A stretch of 58,587 nucleotides of DNA. It comes from a virus (Duplodnaviria; Caudoviricetes). The notes beneath the pieces were generated by a model. The model had not been told where the DNA came from, ran no database searches, and saw nothing but the letters and a program-made list of their open reading frames with translations. The position numbers and the translations under genes were made by a program. Positions 39,416-50,846 of the stretch are shown piece after piece; the first letter of the stretch is position 1; the number at the start of each line of letters is the position of its first letter. The stretch is from positions 1 through 58,587 of IMG/VR virus record IMGVR_UViG_3300024259_000036. The stretch is one strand, 5' to 3'.

Positions 39416-39810
39416 GCACTGAATATAAGGGTGAAGCGTTATGGAATGAACATAAATTGAAATATAGTTGTGGATGTGTTCAGGTTGTTGGTAAACTAGA
39501 ATGTCCTATACATCAAAAACCTATGAAAGAGCAGATGATATATGGTAATGATAAACTAGATAGTCTTAATGAGAAGGATAGGTATGAGAAGGAGAGGCTG
39601 AATGAGTAAATTAAAATAAAAAGTTTACAACCTATTAAAGTTGTTGTATAATACAAAAGAAAGGAGTCAATAAAATGAAAATTGACGAATTAAAAGAATT
39701 AGAGGATGGAAGTTGTGAATTGGACTGCGAGTTCACAGATGAAGAAATTAAAATACTATTAAATTACGCGGTCAATAACCTATTGAGAGAGAGAATGGAG
39801 GAATTAAAAG

Positions 39811-40788
39811 ATGGGAAGTAAATGGATTAACAATGATTTATTCGGTAAGTTCCAAGAACAGAAGAAAAATGAGAAAGATAAACCCACAGGTGGTACCGGA
39901 CTAAGACGTTCTGAATTAGCATGGAAGAACCCTGAGAAAGGTACTGTTGATAGAGCAAAGGTTTATGTGGGAAGATTTCTACCTGATCCTAAAGGACAAT
40001 TTTATAAGAAATATCACTATCATATGTTTAAGGTAGGGGAGCAATGGACATTTTTTATGTGTCCTAAAACCTTTCATTTTGATAACTTTTGCCCTTGGTG
40101 TTCTGCATCCAGTAAACTTTATACAGGTACTAAAGCAGACAAACAACAGGCATATCAATTCAAACGAAAAGAAAAGTTCCTTGGTAACTGGTTTGTTATG
40201 GATGATCCAAGAGATGCTGAAGCATCCGGTGATGAAGATAAAGTTAATAATACTGTAAGAGTATATGAATTCCCTGGAAAAATTGAAAAGAAAATTAAAG
40301 AGCAAATTACAGATGTTAATAATGGTTTGGGACCTTTGGTATTTGAACCAGGAGAAGAAGGATTTGATTTTATCTTAAAAGTTACTGCAACTATTAAAGA
40401 TAAGAGAGGTAAGGTATGGCCTGATTATGGTTTAAGTGAGTTTGGACGAAAACCACATGCTATTGCTGATACTGATAAAGAAATTCAAACAATTATGGAT
40501 TCAACAGTTGACCTTGATGAATATCTACAAGGAATGGAAAGAGATGATAATGATATTATAGAAGCATTGAAAACAATGATGGTATGGGACTTGGTTGGTG
40601 CTGAATGGAATAAGGCTAAAGGTGCCCAAAAGGCAGTAGCAAAGGAGCCTGAGGATGATATTCCTAACTTTGAGGATATTCCAGCACAGGAACCTAGTGT
40701 TACTGTAAAGGTTGAAGATACACCTCTGGCTGATGTGGAAGATGAATTGTCGGATGAAATGCTTATGAAAGAATTAGATTCCCTCTGA
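39811..40788 (+). CDS. Single-stranded DNA-binding protein (gp32-like)
   Basis: RFLP, H..CP..CPWC Zn site, G.DF.LK, PDY..SEF, acidic tail. Confidence 0.88.
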   Translation: MGSKWINNDLFGKFQEQKKNEKDKPTGGTGLRRSELAWKNPEKGTVDRAKVYVGRFLPDPKGQFYKKYHYHMFKVGEQWTFFMCPKTFHFDNFCPWCSASSKLYTGTKADKQQAYQFKRKEKFLGNWFVMDDPRDAEASGDEDKVNNTVRVYEFPGKIEKKIKEQITDVNNGLGPLVFEPGEEGFDFILKVTATIKDKRGKVWPDYGLSEFGRKPHAIADTDKEIQTIMDSTVDLDEYLQGMERDDNDIIEALKTMMVWDLVGAEWNKAKGAQKAVAKEPEDDIPNFEDIPAQEPSVTVKVEDTPLADVEDELSDEMLMKELDSL

Positions 40789-40809
40789 TGGACGAGTTAG
40801 AAAAACTAT

Positions 40810-40851
40810 AAAATACCTCCTAAAGTATAAATACCATTTAGGAGGTATTTT
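40810..40851 (+). promoter_or_regulatory. RBS-sequestering hairpin with late promoter in the loop
   Basis: AAATACCTCCTAAA-g-TATAAATA-cca-TTTAGGAGGTATTT. Confidence 0.8.
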
Positions 40852-40852
40852 T

Positions 40853-41647
40853 ATGATAATTTATAAAGTAACAAATAAAACTGATGGTAAATGTTATATA
40901 GGTCAAACTTCTAAAAATTTAAATGAAAGAAAGGGTGACCATTTTTGTATAAGAAGAAAAAAATCTTGTCCATATTTCCATAATGCTATACATAAGTATG
41001 GTAGAGATAATTTTGAGTGGGAAATTATTGAAGAATGTTCATCCAAGGAAGAAATGGATGAAATGGAGTTCCATTACATAAAGCAATATAATAGTTTTGT
41101 TCCTAATGGATATAATCTTACTATGGGTGGAGGTGGTGTATTAAGCTTTAAACTTTCAGAGGAAACAAAAAGAAAAATAAGTAAGGCTAATAAAGGCAAA
41201 ATAAAAACAAAGGAACATAGGGAAAAATTAGGGAAAGCTAGGGAAAAATTATGGAAAGATCCTAATAGTGTATATAATACAAAGGAACATAGGGAAAAAA
41301 TGAGTGAAGTCCAAAGAGGTGAATGTAATGGAATGTATGGAAAAAAACATACAGAAGGGACAAAAAGAAAAATAAGTGAAAAGGCTAAATTAAGAATAGG
41401 TGAAAAAAATAGTATGTGGGGAAGAAGAGGTGATAAATCGCCAAATTTTAATAAAGATAATTTATATAAACAATGGATAATAACATTACCAGATGGAAAA
41501 GAAATAATAACAAAAAACTTAACTAAATTTGGCAGAGAATATGAAGAAAAAACAGGAATAAAATTATATGTTAGTAATTTATCAAGTGTTTCCAAAGGTA
41601 TGTTAAAACACTATAAAGGATTAAAATGTAGAATGGAGAAAATGTAA
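40853..41647 (+). mobile_element. GIY-YIG homing endonuclease with NUMOD3 repeats
   Basis: IIYKVTN..YIGQT, PNGYNLT.GG, HTEGTKRKIS. Confidence 0.9.
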
Positions 41648-41933
41648 TGAAAATTACTAAGATGTCAATGTTTAATGTCTCTGCAACATATGATAGTGAT
41701 TTTGATCGTATTTGTTGGGAGAAGTATTCAAAAGATATTATTAACATAGTTACAAAATATCAATATGAAACTTCTGATAAAGTAACATATAAGAAGATGG
41801 AAAATGATTTAAATGGGTTTATAAAGATGAAAAAAATAACCCATTTAGATGATAAGTTATTTGAACTTTAATACTTGACAAACATATTATAGTAATTATA
41901 TTATATAAAAATTAAACAAGGAGGAAGGAAAAT

Positions 41934-42332
41934 ATGGATTTTGGTTTAACCCCTTTTAGGAAGTATTATGTAACAGATAGAAATGAGAATGATGATAGTT
42001 TATATAAACAAACATGGAATTCTTTATGGTCTGGTATGGATACTTTCTTCGGGGATGCAAGATACAAAGATGATGATGGAAATACAATGTATGAGTTTGA
42101 AGTACCTGGCTTTAATAAGGATAATCTGAAAGTGGAAATTACTGATAATGTTCTTACTATATCAGGAAAAAGAGAAACTACAGATAAATCCCATGCAGGA
42201 GCTAGAGAAGTATTTAAGAGATTGAGTTTGGGTGTTTCTTCACCTAATATAGATGCAGAGATCAAGGATGGCATATTGTATTTGACTTTTGATAATCCAG
42301 AATGTGAAAAGAAAGAGATTGTATTGAAATAA
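41934..42332 (+). CDS. Small heat shock protein (Hsp20)
   Basis: EVPGFNKDNLKVEI..LTISG..AEIKDGILYL. Confidence 0.9.
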   Translation: MDFGLTPFRKYYVTDRNENDDSLYKQTWNSLWSGMDTFFGDARYKDDDGNTMYEFEVPGFNKDNLKVEITDNVLTISGKRETTDKSHAGAREVFKRLSLGVSSPNIDAEIKDGILYLTFDNPECEKKEIVLK

Positions 42333-42932
42333 ATAAGTTATAAAATTGTTGTATAATTTACCCTCATAATATAAATATGTTATGAGGGTATTTTTTGCTG
42401 TTTACATTCTATAATAAATAGATTATAATATAGGAGTCTGAATATGAAATTTTTTCAAAAAATTATGATTGATGATTTTCTTAATGAGGCACCTTTAAAT
42501 GCCAAAGGGTGGACAGAAAAAAGCGTTAAGAAATTTGAGAAAACAATTGGCAAGAAAGCAGATGCCCATGGATTCTTTGATGCATGTGTTGGAAGAATGG
42601 GAAAACATATGGGTGATCAAGCTAAAGGATTTTGTGCTGCTATGAAAGATAAGAAGTATGATAGCACATATTGGAGAGGAAAGGATAAGAGTAAAAAGGA
42701 GATAAAACAAAAAGTTAAAGATAATCCATACAAAGAAGGTAAAAAGAAATGAAAATAGATGAAAAGATTGGTAAATATTTAAAGGGAAAATTAACCTTTA
42801 AAAAAACAAGAGATAAATTAAAAAGTGATAAAGAAGAAAGGAAGGAAATTGATAAGGAAATTGAGAAAATCAATAAGGAAATTGAAAGACTTAGAAATAT
42901 TAGAAAGAAATTTGAATTAAAGAAGTAACTTT

Positions 42933-43300
42933 GGGGATGACTGGTTTCGACTGGCTAGTGTTTAGTGAAGGTTGCATCCAGTGTAATTGTGATTATTACA
43001 CTTTAAACTTTATCACAAACATAAAATAATCGCAGATGATTATGAATTACGGATGGCTGCTTAACCAGCTGTTCCATTCTCTTACTTGCCTTCCTGGGCG
43101 AGTAATGTAGGGTGCCGACTAAACAGGATGCGTTATACACCTTATCATGTCATGAGGTGTATAACTAAGGTATTGTGACATGATCAATAGGTAGTTTATA
43201 AAGTTTGGACCTATTGAGACTTACAAACTTTATAATGGATGTATATCAATCGTCAAGGAATATAGTTAGGACGAGGGTTCGACTCCCTCCATCTCCACCA
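42933..43300 (+). ncRNA. ssrA: tmRNA, tag (A)ADDYELRMAA
   Basis: GGGGATGA..TTCGAC 5' end; T-arm and CTCCACCA 3' end; tag ORF 43032-43064. Confidence 0.93.
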
Positions 43301-43313
43301 AAAGGAAAATAAT

Positions 43314-44009
43314 ATGTCTAAATGGGATGAATTCAATGGATGTATGTTGTTAAAAGTTAATGATATGATTGATTTCATATTATACTTAGAAAATAGTGAG
43401 AGAATGAAAACAGAAGAGGGTAAATTTCTTCATTATCAATATGTTAGAGAACTTAGATCACAACAAAGTATTGGTAATGGTAGATTACATCCTGAAAATG
43501 GTACCTTGAACTATTACAACATTGATAATCTCCAAGAAAAGTTAAAATGGATGAGAGAAAATCTTCGTAGATGGTCAAGAATGGCAATAACCCCTATGGA
43601 AAGATCCATTAATGTTGTTAAAAATATGTATAATGAAAATTGGTATAGTGAGACATATCTTAGTGATTTATATACTAATGAAACTATAGAAGGTGGGTTT
43701 AAGGGTATTGTTGATATACTTGTAGATAAAAAGATTGGACTATTGTTATCAAACCATGATATATTAAAGAAACAGTTTTCAGATGAAGTGTTTATAAAGA
43801 AAAATGGGAAAACATTAGCACCATCTGTATATGAATTACTTGCAGGTTGGTGTAATGATGATTACCAAGTAGATAATATATATGTATATCAAGCTACTGT
43901 ATTATCTCCATTATCTTTTAAGTTTGATTGGAAGGGATATAATACAGTAACAAAGCGAATAGAAGAAGGAAAATCAACTATAAACAGTATGCGGTGGTTA
44001 AACATATGA
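43314..44009 (+). CDS. Hypothetical protein
   Basis: 231-aa ORF with RBS. Confidence 0.6.
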   Translation: MSKWDEFNGCMLLKVNDMIDFILYLENSERMKTEEGKFLHYQYVRELRSQQSIGNGRLHPENGTLNYYNIDNLQEKLKWMRENLRRWSRMAITPMERSINVVKNMYNENWYSETYLSDLYTNETIEGGFKGIVDILVDKKIGLLLSNHDILKKQFSDEVFIKKNGKTLAPSVYELLAGWCNDDYQVDNIYVYQATVLSPLSFKFDWKGYNTVTKRIEEGKSTINSMRWLNI

Positions 44010-44524
44010 AATTCAACGACTATATAGATAAACATATCAATGAAGCATCAACAAAATCAGCATACTTCATTTCTCCAAGAGGTGAACTGGTTAGTACTGG
44101 TGCAGGATCAAAACATATTAATATGATTCTAAAAAATCCTAAGAAATTCGGACTTACTAAAGAATTCATTGAGGATACTTATGAAAAGTATGATGAACCC
44201 TTTGGTCTGGAAGGTAAGGCAAGAAATGAAATACTTATACTTCTTATTAAACAAGGGTGGATAAGGATTAGACTTTATCCTAATAAGTTTTGGACTGTTA
44301 ATATACCAAGAATGAACAAGAAAATGAAGGATTATCTCCAATCTTGGGCTGATAAGATGATAAATAAGTTTAATGCAGATAAGTTTATGATGGTTCGTAT
44401 AATGGATACTGGTAATTATGGTAAGCAAATGACTATTAGTGATATTGCCAAAGATAAATTATTTAATGAATCTATTACACATGAAAGGAGTGTATTGGTA
44501 GTAAAGAATATAGAGGATATTTAA
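44006..44524 (+). CDS. Hypothetical protein, possible internal head protein
   Basis: MKFNDYIDKHINE N-terminus; FISP.GE..H..GWIRIR. Confidence 0.55.
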   Translation: MKFNDYIDKHINEASTKSAYFISPRGELVSTGAGSKHINMILKNPKKFGLTKEFIEDTYEKYDEPFGLEGKARNEILILLIKQGWIRIRLYPNKFWTVNIPRMNKKMKDYLQSWADKMINKFNADKFMMVRIMDTGNYGKQMTISDIAKDKLFNESITHERSVLVVKNIEDI

Positions 44525-45042
44525 TGTCAAATGGTAGTAAAATCGGCTCAAGTTTTGAACGTGATGTTTCCAAGTTTTTAAGTAAATGGATTCAAGGTAC
44601 AGAGAAACCTTACCTTTTTTGGCGAATGCCCGCATCTGGGGGATTAGCGACCATTAGTGAAGAGAATGTTGACCTTTCAGGTGATATAAGATCATTATCT
44701 CCTAAATCTGAATGGTTCACAGAGAAATATAGTGTCGAATGTAAGAATGGATATAAGAAAACATCCTTTTGGCAACACTTTAAAAAAATCAAAGGTTTCA
44801 ATCTGGAACACTTTTGGAGACAATGTGTAGATGATGCAAGTAAAGGTGATAAAGAACCTATGCTCATTTATAGAAAGAAAGGACAAAAAGAATTGGTAGG
44901 ATTTGATCACTATTGGACAGGTTTGAACCTACCAAGTATAAGAATGTTGTTCAGTAAAGAGAAGAAATTACCACCCTTAGTATTCTATAATATGAAGGAT
45001 TTCTTTGAGAGAATAACACCAGAGGATATAATGAATGGCTAA
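44524..45042 (+). CDS. Holliday junction resolvase (PD-(D/E)xK)
   Basis: GSSFER, R.PASGG, GDI, VECKN, W.Q, PMLI. Confidence 0.85.
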   Translation: MSNGSKIGSSFERDVSKFLSKWIQGTEKPYLFWRMPASGGLATISEENVDLSGDIRSLSPKSEWFTEKYSVECKNGYKKTSFWQHFKKIKGFNLEHFWRQCVDDASKGDKEPMLIYRKKGQKELVGFDHYWTGLNLPSIRMLFSKEKKLPPLVFYNMKDFFERITPEDIMNG

Positions 45043-46032
45043 GATTAATGTTACACCTTCAGAATATGGTGATATAACAGTTGCTTTCCTATTGGATAAG
45101 TTATTACATCCAGATGAAGTGATACCTTATAATGAAGATTTTAATAAATATGCTAAGAAGATGGCTGGTAAAGGTATGAAGCCATTATCTTTGAACTACT
45201 ATTTGCGGATGGATGGTAATCTTAGGATATATTACAAAAGGATTAAGAAAGTATTTGAAGGTGATCAGAATCAATCTGCTATAATCTATATATGGCCTGA
45301 TAAAAAGGAAAAGGAAAAGGCATTAAAAAAGGATAATATATTGAAGAGAGCCATTAAGAAGTTATTAATGAAAGAGGATATAAATGAAGAGGAACGAACA
45401 TTGTTAATGGAGGAATATAAGGATGAAGATTGAAGAGAAGATGGATGAGTATTTGGATGAAAAGAGTTGGACTGATAATTTATCCAGTAAACAGTTGCAA
45501 TCCCTTTCCGGTCGAGGAGACAAAAAAGGAAAAACAATGTGGACAATAACTAGAATATGGCATGTAGAAGCTGATAAAAAAATAGAAGCTATAAAAATTT
45601 CTAAAAAAATAAAACATGATGAAATTATAATTAGGGAGGAGTAAAATGGGTGAAATAACAGGAGCAGAAAATGTAGATCAGCATCAAGCAGCCGCAGCAG
45701 CAGATGTTGCAGTTACAGGTGAACCAGGTAAAGTTGAAACTGATGTAAAGGGTGTATTTGCAGATGGAGAAAAACAAGGAGCACCAGTGTTTAATGTATC
45801 TCATGGAGAATTCTATTCAAATATGACACATGGTAGAAAACGATTAAGATTAAAGAACGGTACAGCAGGTTCTTCCTATATGCAACAAACTAAATATAAT
45901 CGTCCTTTTTGGATGTCATATAAGGATCCTTCCAATGGTGAAGTATGGACTAGGAAAGTTAAATAAATCTTTACAATTTTAGTTAAATAATATATAATAT
46001 GGATATCTAACTATGAAAGGAGATATCTTAAT

Positions 46033-46920
46033 ATGTCAGCAATCCTGTTTGACTTTAACAACCTCGCCTTTAGAACACTATTCGTAAAGGATGTAGGTAT
46101 TACAACTGAACAACCAGATTTTAAAATATGGAAATATATGATGATCAATTCAATCTATGAATCATTATATAAAGTTGATAAACCCTCAGAAGTTATACTA
46201 GCAATAGATGATACTAGAAGTTGGCGTTCCCTATATTTTCCAAGATATAAGGAACGAAGGAAAGTTCAGAGAGATAAACAAACCGATGTAGATTGGAAAC
46301 AACTGTTCGGAGTATTAAGAGAGTATTCCCAAGAATTACAAGAATACTTACCATTCAAAATCTTACAAACCCCAAAAGCAGAAGCGGATGATATAATTGG
46401 CGTCCTATGTCTGGATATTATTAAAGATAAAAAATATATAATATCCAATGATGAGGACTTCCTACAGTTATGCTCCAATGATACTATACTTTATAATCCA
46501 AGAAAGAAGCAATATGTTAAGCATCCTAACCCAGAAATGTTTATTATTGAGAAATCCCTTTTAGGTCAAGCTAAAGATGATATATTTAATGTAATCACAC
46601 CATCCGATTGGGGTAAAACACCCGAAACAGAAGGGAAAAGAAAGCCTGGATATGGACCAGCAGCATTGAAAAAGACAATGGCATATGGCTGGGAGAAATG
46701 GTTAAAGGATAAGGGTTTAGAGGAGAACTTTAAAAGAAATAGAGTATTAATGGATTTCAATTACATACCCAAATCAATAAGGAATAGTATAACGAATGAT
46801 TATAAGTCATATAAGTTACCTGATCCTGAAAACATTTATAAATTCTTTAATGATAATAAGTTTAGAAGTTTCTTGGAGGATTTCACTTTTGTTGAACGAA
46901 AACTAATGGAGTTATATTAG
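46033..46920 (+). CDS. rnh: RNase H / 5'-3' flap exonuclease (T4 rnh-like)
   Basis: DFNNL, D..SWR..YK..R, EADDIIG, SNDEDFLQL. Confidence 0.9.
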   Translation: MSAILFDFNNLAFRTLFVKDVGITTEQPDFKIWKYMMINSIYESLYKVDKPSEVILAIDDTRSWRSLYFPRYKERRKVQRDKQTDVDWKQLFGVLREYSQELQEYLPFKILQTPKAEADDIIGVLCLDIIKDKKYIISNDEDFLQLCSNDTILYNPRKKQYVKHPNPEMFIIEKSLLGQAKDDIFNVITPSDWGKTPETEGKRKPGYGPAALKKTMAYGWEKWLKDKGLEENFKRNRVLMDFNYIPKSIRNSITNDYKSYKLPDPENIYKFFNDNKFRSFLEDFTFVERKLMELY

Positions 46921-47254
46921 ATATGATGAAAGATAAGGAAATAAGTAGACAAATAGATATAGGCGCAAGACTTATAGGATCTGACATTGATGATGGTTTA
47001 GGACCATCCCATTTTGATAATGATAAATTTGGTGTATGTAGTGATTGTACACATTTAAGAGCTGCAATAACAAAATATAATAAGACTATAGCACAATGTT
47101 ATGAATTTGAAATATTATTAAATGGTGTGGATCCTATGGTTAAATGTACTAAATATGATAAAAAGGGATCAATGAAACTTTGGGAAATGAAAGATATTGC
47201 TATTATAATTGAACCTTGGAGAAAACAAGCAGGATTTATTACAGAGGATATTTA

Positions 47255-47653
47255 ATGGAAACAACAGTAGTTAATATAAAAGATGGCGGAAAATATGATG
47301 AATATATTGGTAGAGCTTCTCAATGGGGTAATCCATTTAAGATAGGCAGGGATGGTAATAGAGAACAAGTCATTGAAATGTATGAGAAATGGATTGTAGA
47401 TCAAGATTATCTCATGGAAGATATACCAGAATTGAAGGGTAAAATTTTAGGATGTCATTGTAAACCTCATGCTTGTCATGGTGATGTATTAGTAAGGTTA
47501 GCAGATGGCATTGAGGAGGAAGTGGATGAAACACCAGATGTATGGAAGGATAAGGGTGATTGGTATATAAAAACAATGGAAGGAATATCTATATGTACCA
47601 ATACAGAGGAATCAGCTAAAATGCTATTAAGACTATTGAAAAAGGAGAATTAA
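47255..47653 (+). CDS. DUF4326-like protein
   Basis: YIGR.S.WGNPF..R..I..Y..L.GK.LGC.C.P..CHGDVL. Confidence 0.85.
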   Translation: METTVVNIKDGGKYDEYIGRASQWGNPFKIGRDGNREQVIEMYEKWIVDQDYLMEDIPELKGKILGCHCKPHACHGDVLVRLADGIEEEVDETPDVWKDKGDWYIKTMEGISICTNTEESAKMLLRLLKKEN

Positions 47654-48552
47654 AATGGGACCTCGTTACATCATTGTAGATAAAGCGGAAAGAGATGAAT
47701 TTGAAATGAAATGGCAACTACCTTATGGTTATAATGGTTGTAGAATATTCAATGATGAAGTGAAAGCGATTGAATTTTATAAGGATAATATTCAAAAGTA
47801 TCATATTTATGATAGATATATACTTGAGAAATATGATAATGGTACCAAACAAACAATTAGTGAGGATATCACTTATGAACGAACATAAAGAGTATTTCAG
47901 ATGTGATTATTGTAAAGGTACTGCATTTTCAAAGGTATATGCCTTCAATGTTTCCTTTCGTGAGGTTAATTTTACTGAGAATTTAATATATAATGAAAAT
48001 GATATTGTGAAGTATGAATGTAAACAGTGTGGAGTATTAGTTACTGGTGAGACTATTAGAAATACTCTTAAAGAAGTTGTTAGAAAATATAAAGAAGATT
48101 ACTGGGAAAATGAATTAAGTGAGGATAAATAGTTATGTTTTTGGCATGGTTAATATTGGGATTTATTTTAGGATTCATGGTTGCGACTATTGCCATATCA
48201 TGGATTGCTATGGAAAAAGAATTGAAATATACTAATGAGAACACGAAATTAAAGGAATATGTTAAGAAAATGGAAGAAGAAATGTCAGGAGTATAATGAT
48301 ATATTTTCCAAAATTAAATACATATAGAAATGTAATATATGATATTCAAGATGGTATATATAGTGATATTCCTTTATGTTGTATATTATGGTACATAACA
48401 ATATGGCCATTATTTCTATTATTCAACTGGAATATGTTATATGTAAGACATTCATTGTATTTTAACTTTATACCTTGTCCTATTTGTTTAATAAGATATA
48501 GAAATGTCGGTAAATCATGTAATGCAAAACCTATAGAGGAAAGGGAAGAATA

Positions 48553-49308
48553 ATGAAATCTGTATTTGTTGAAGAAAAAACCATTGATAGTATGTGGTTC
48601 AAATTACTATCAGAAGTATATGATAAGGGTAGAGTAAATCATATTGATAATGGATCCTTCGCAGGTTCAAATAGACTTGAGTTTGATTTTGTTAGTGGTA
48701 CTATTCATTACCCAACAGTAAGACCATTGGCACCTATTGTTGATGCCAATCAACCATCTATAACAACTGATGAGGATATAGAAAAATATTTTGTAACTTA
48801 TTTGATGGATGGCTCATTAGAGGACAACGAGGAATATAAGTATGCGACTTTTATTAATGGTGGATATTATAAGATATTTTTAAGTGAAATGTTTGGTGGT
48901 AGAAATGAGATTACTGTGAAGGTTCCAAACCAAATTCAGTGGTGTATTGATCACTATAAAAAGAAAGGATTTGGTAATAATCATTGCGTAATTCAAATTG
49001 GTTATCCAGAATCAAATTTGGTATATGATAAACCCTATGAAACTGAAACTGAAAGGGGTACCTCACCTTGTTTAAGGTTGATTGATACGAAAATATTTGA
49101 CAATACTTTACATTTTCATATAATATTCAGGAGTTGGGATCTTTTTGGAGGATTTCCGGTCAATATGGGAGGATTTGTAATGTTAATGGAGTATATGGCT
49201 AATGAATTAGGTGTTGAAGTTGGTACACTTTCATTCAGTTGCTTGAAACTTCATTGTTACGATTTTCAACTAGAAGCTGTTGCTTCACGGTTAGGTAAAA
49301 TAGAATGA
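48553..49308 (+). CDS. thyA: Thymidylate synthase-family protein
   Basis: SPCLR.ID, FRSWD..GFPVN, LH.Y. Confidence 0.8.
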   Translation: MKSVFVEEKTIDSMWFKLLSEVYDKGRVNHIDNGSFAGSNRLEFDFVSGTIHYPTVRPLAPIVDANQPSITTDEDIEKYFVTYLMDGSLEDNEEYKYATFINGGYYKIFLSEMFGGRNEITVKVPNQIQWCIDHYKKKGFGNNHCVIQIGYPESNLVYDKPYETETERGTSPCLRLIDTKIFDNTLHFHIIFRSWDLFGGFPVNMGGFVMLMEYMANELGVEVGTLSFSCLKLHCYDFQLEAVASRLGKIE

Positions 49309-50219
49309 AACTCTGTTGGGATAATATAGAAAATATAAGACTTACTAAGAACAGTAATTTTCGTGATATAGTAAAAGAAAAAACATATTATTTGAAAGTA
49401 TGTAAGAAATGTGAAGAAGAATATTTTGGTTATAACAATAGTATGTCATGTTCCGCAAGTTGCTCAAGTAGAAGAAAACATACAAAAGAAGCAAAGAAAA
49501 AAATGAGTGAAATAAAAAAAGGTAAAAAGGCTTCTGATGAAACTAAATTAAAAATGAGTAAATCTCGTAGAGGTGAGAAAAATGGTTTCTTTGGTAAAAT
49601 ACATTCAAAGGAAACAAGAAAAAAATTGAGTAAGAAATTGAGCAATGAAAATTCTACTAATTGGAAAGGAGGGGTTACTAAAAAGAATATACCATTATAT
49701 GATACTTATGCTCCCCAACTTGAATGGACAGAGAAGATAAGACGAAACAAGGAAGACCAAAATGTACTAGAGGTGAAATGTTTTAAGTGTGGTAAGTGGT
49801 ATATACCTAAAAGGTCAAATGTAAAACATAGAATAAATTCATTAAATGGCAAAGAAGGACATCATAGATTTTATTGTTCTGATAATTGTAAGAACTCATG
49901 TTCAATATTTCACAAATCAGCAGATATATTAATGAAGGAGGATGCAATACGAGCTGGTAGACTGAAATGGTTAGAACTTAATAGAGAAGTTCAACCTGAA
50001 TTACGAAAAATGGTGCTGGAAAGAGATAAATATCAATGTGTTAAATGTGGTAGTATTGACAATTTACATTGTCACCACATATTACCAGTGTCAATTGAAC
50101 CACTATTGAGTACTGATATAGATAATTGTATGACTTTGTGTATTGATTGCCATAAGGAAGCACACCAAAAGGATGGATGCAGGTATGAACAATTAAAAAT
50201 GGAGTTATGTATAAAATAA
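49305..50219 (+). mobile_element. HNH homing endonuclease with NUMOD3
   Basis: ERD.YQCVKCG..LHCHHI.P..DNC.TLC..CH. Confidence 0.88.
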
Positions 50220-50846
50220 CAGGAGGATTTTGAGGATGACATTTAGAACTGAACTGGAGAATTTGATTAACGAGCATTGTATGGAGAATGGTTCAAATAC
50301 CCCTGATTATGTTTTAGCACAATTTATAGATAATATGTTAATGGCATTTGATATAGCAGTTAATAGTAGAGAAACCCATTTTGGAAGAGATAAAGTAAAG
50401 GATAAGTATGAGGTTCCTATTGACAAAGTATTTGATTTTTCAAACGATATAGAAGTTTAAATTGACAATTATAACCAATTAGTGTATAATAAGGATGATT
50501 AAAATGAAGGAAAAGATATGTAAATGGAAAGCTGAATGTACATGGGGTGATGGGCCTGATGTTTTATTGGTTCATGAGAAATATCCAGAATATCCAGAAC
50601 ATAATTCATATTATGACTTAAACATTAGGGAAGCCAAGATATTAGCCTGTGAACTAATGAATGCTGCCCATTATGCAGAAGAAATGAATAGATCAGTAAT
50701 AGATTATTTTAGTGAAGAAATAATAGATAAAGAAACTGTTGATATAATTAAAAAATTTCAAAATCAAGAAGATTTGGATCCTGAATATTCAGCAATTGTT
50801 GATAAACATTTTTGGGATTTAATTTAATAAGGAGGATTAATAATAA

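Noticed and set aside
48553-49308. dCMP hydroxymethylase / hypermodified DNA pathway
   Set aside because: The specificity residue is Asn (GFPVN), as in dUMP-using enzymes; the glycosyltransferase at 35807 is unlinked, so DNA modification is unsupported here.
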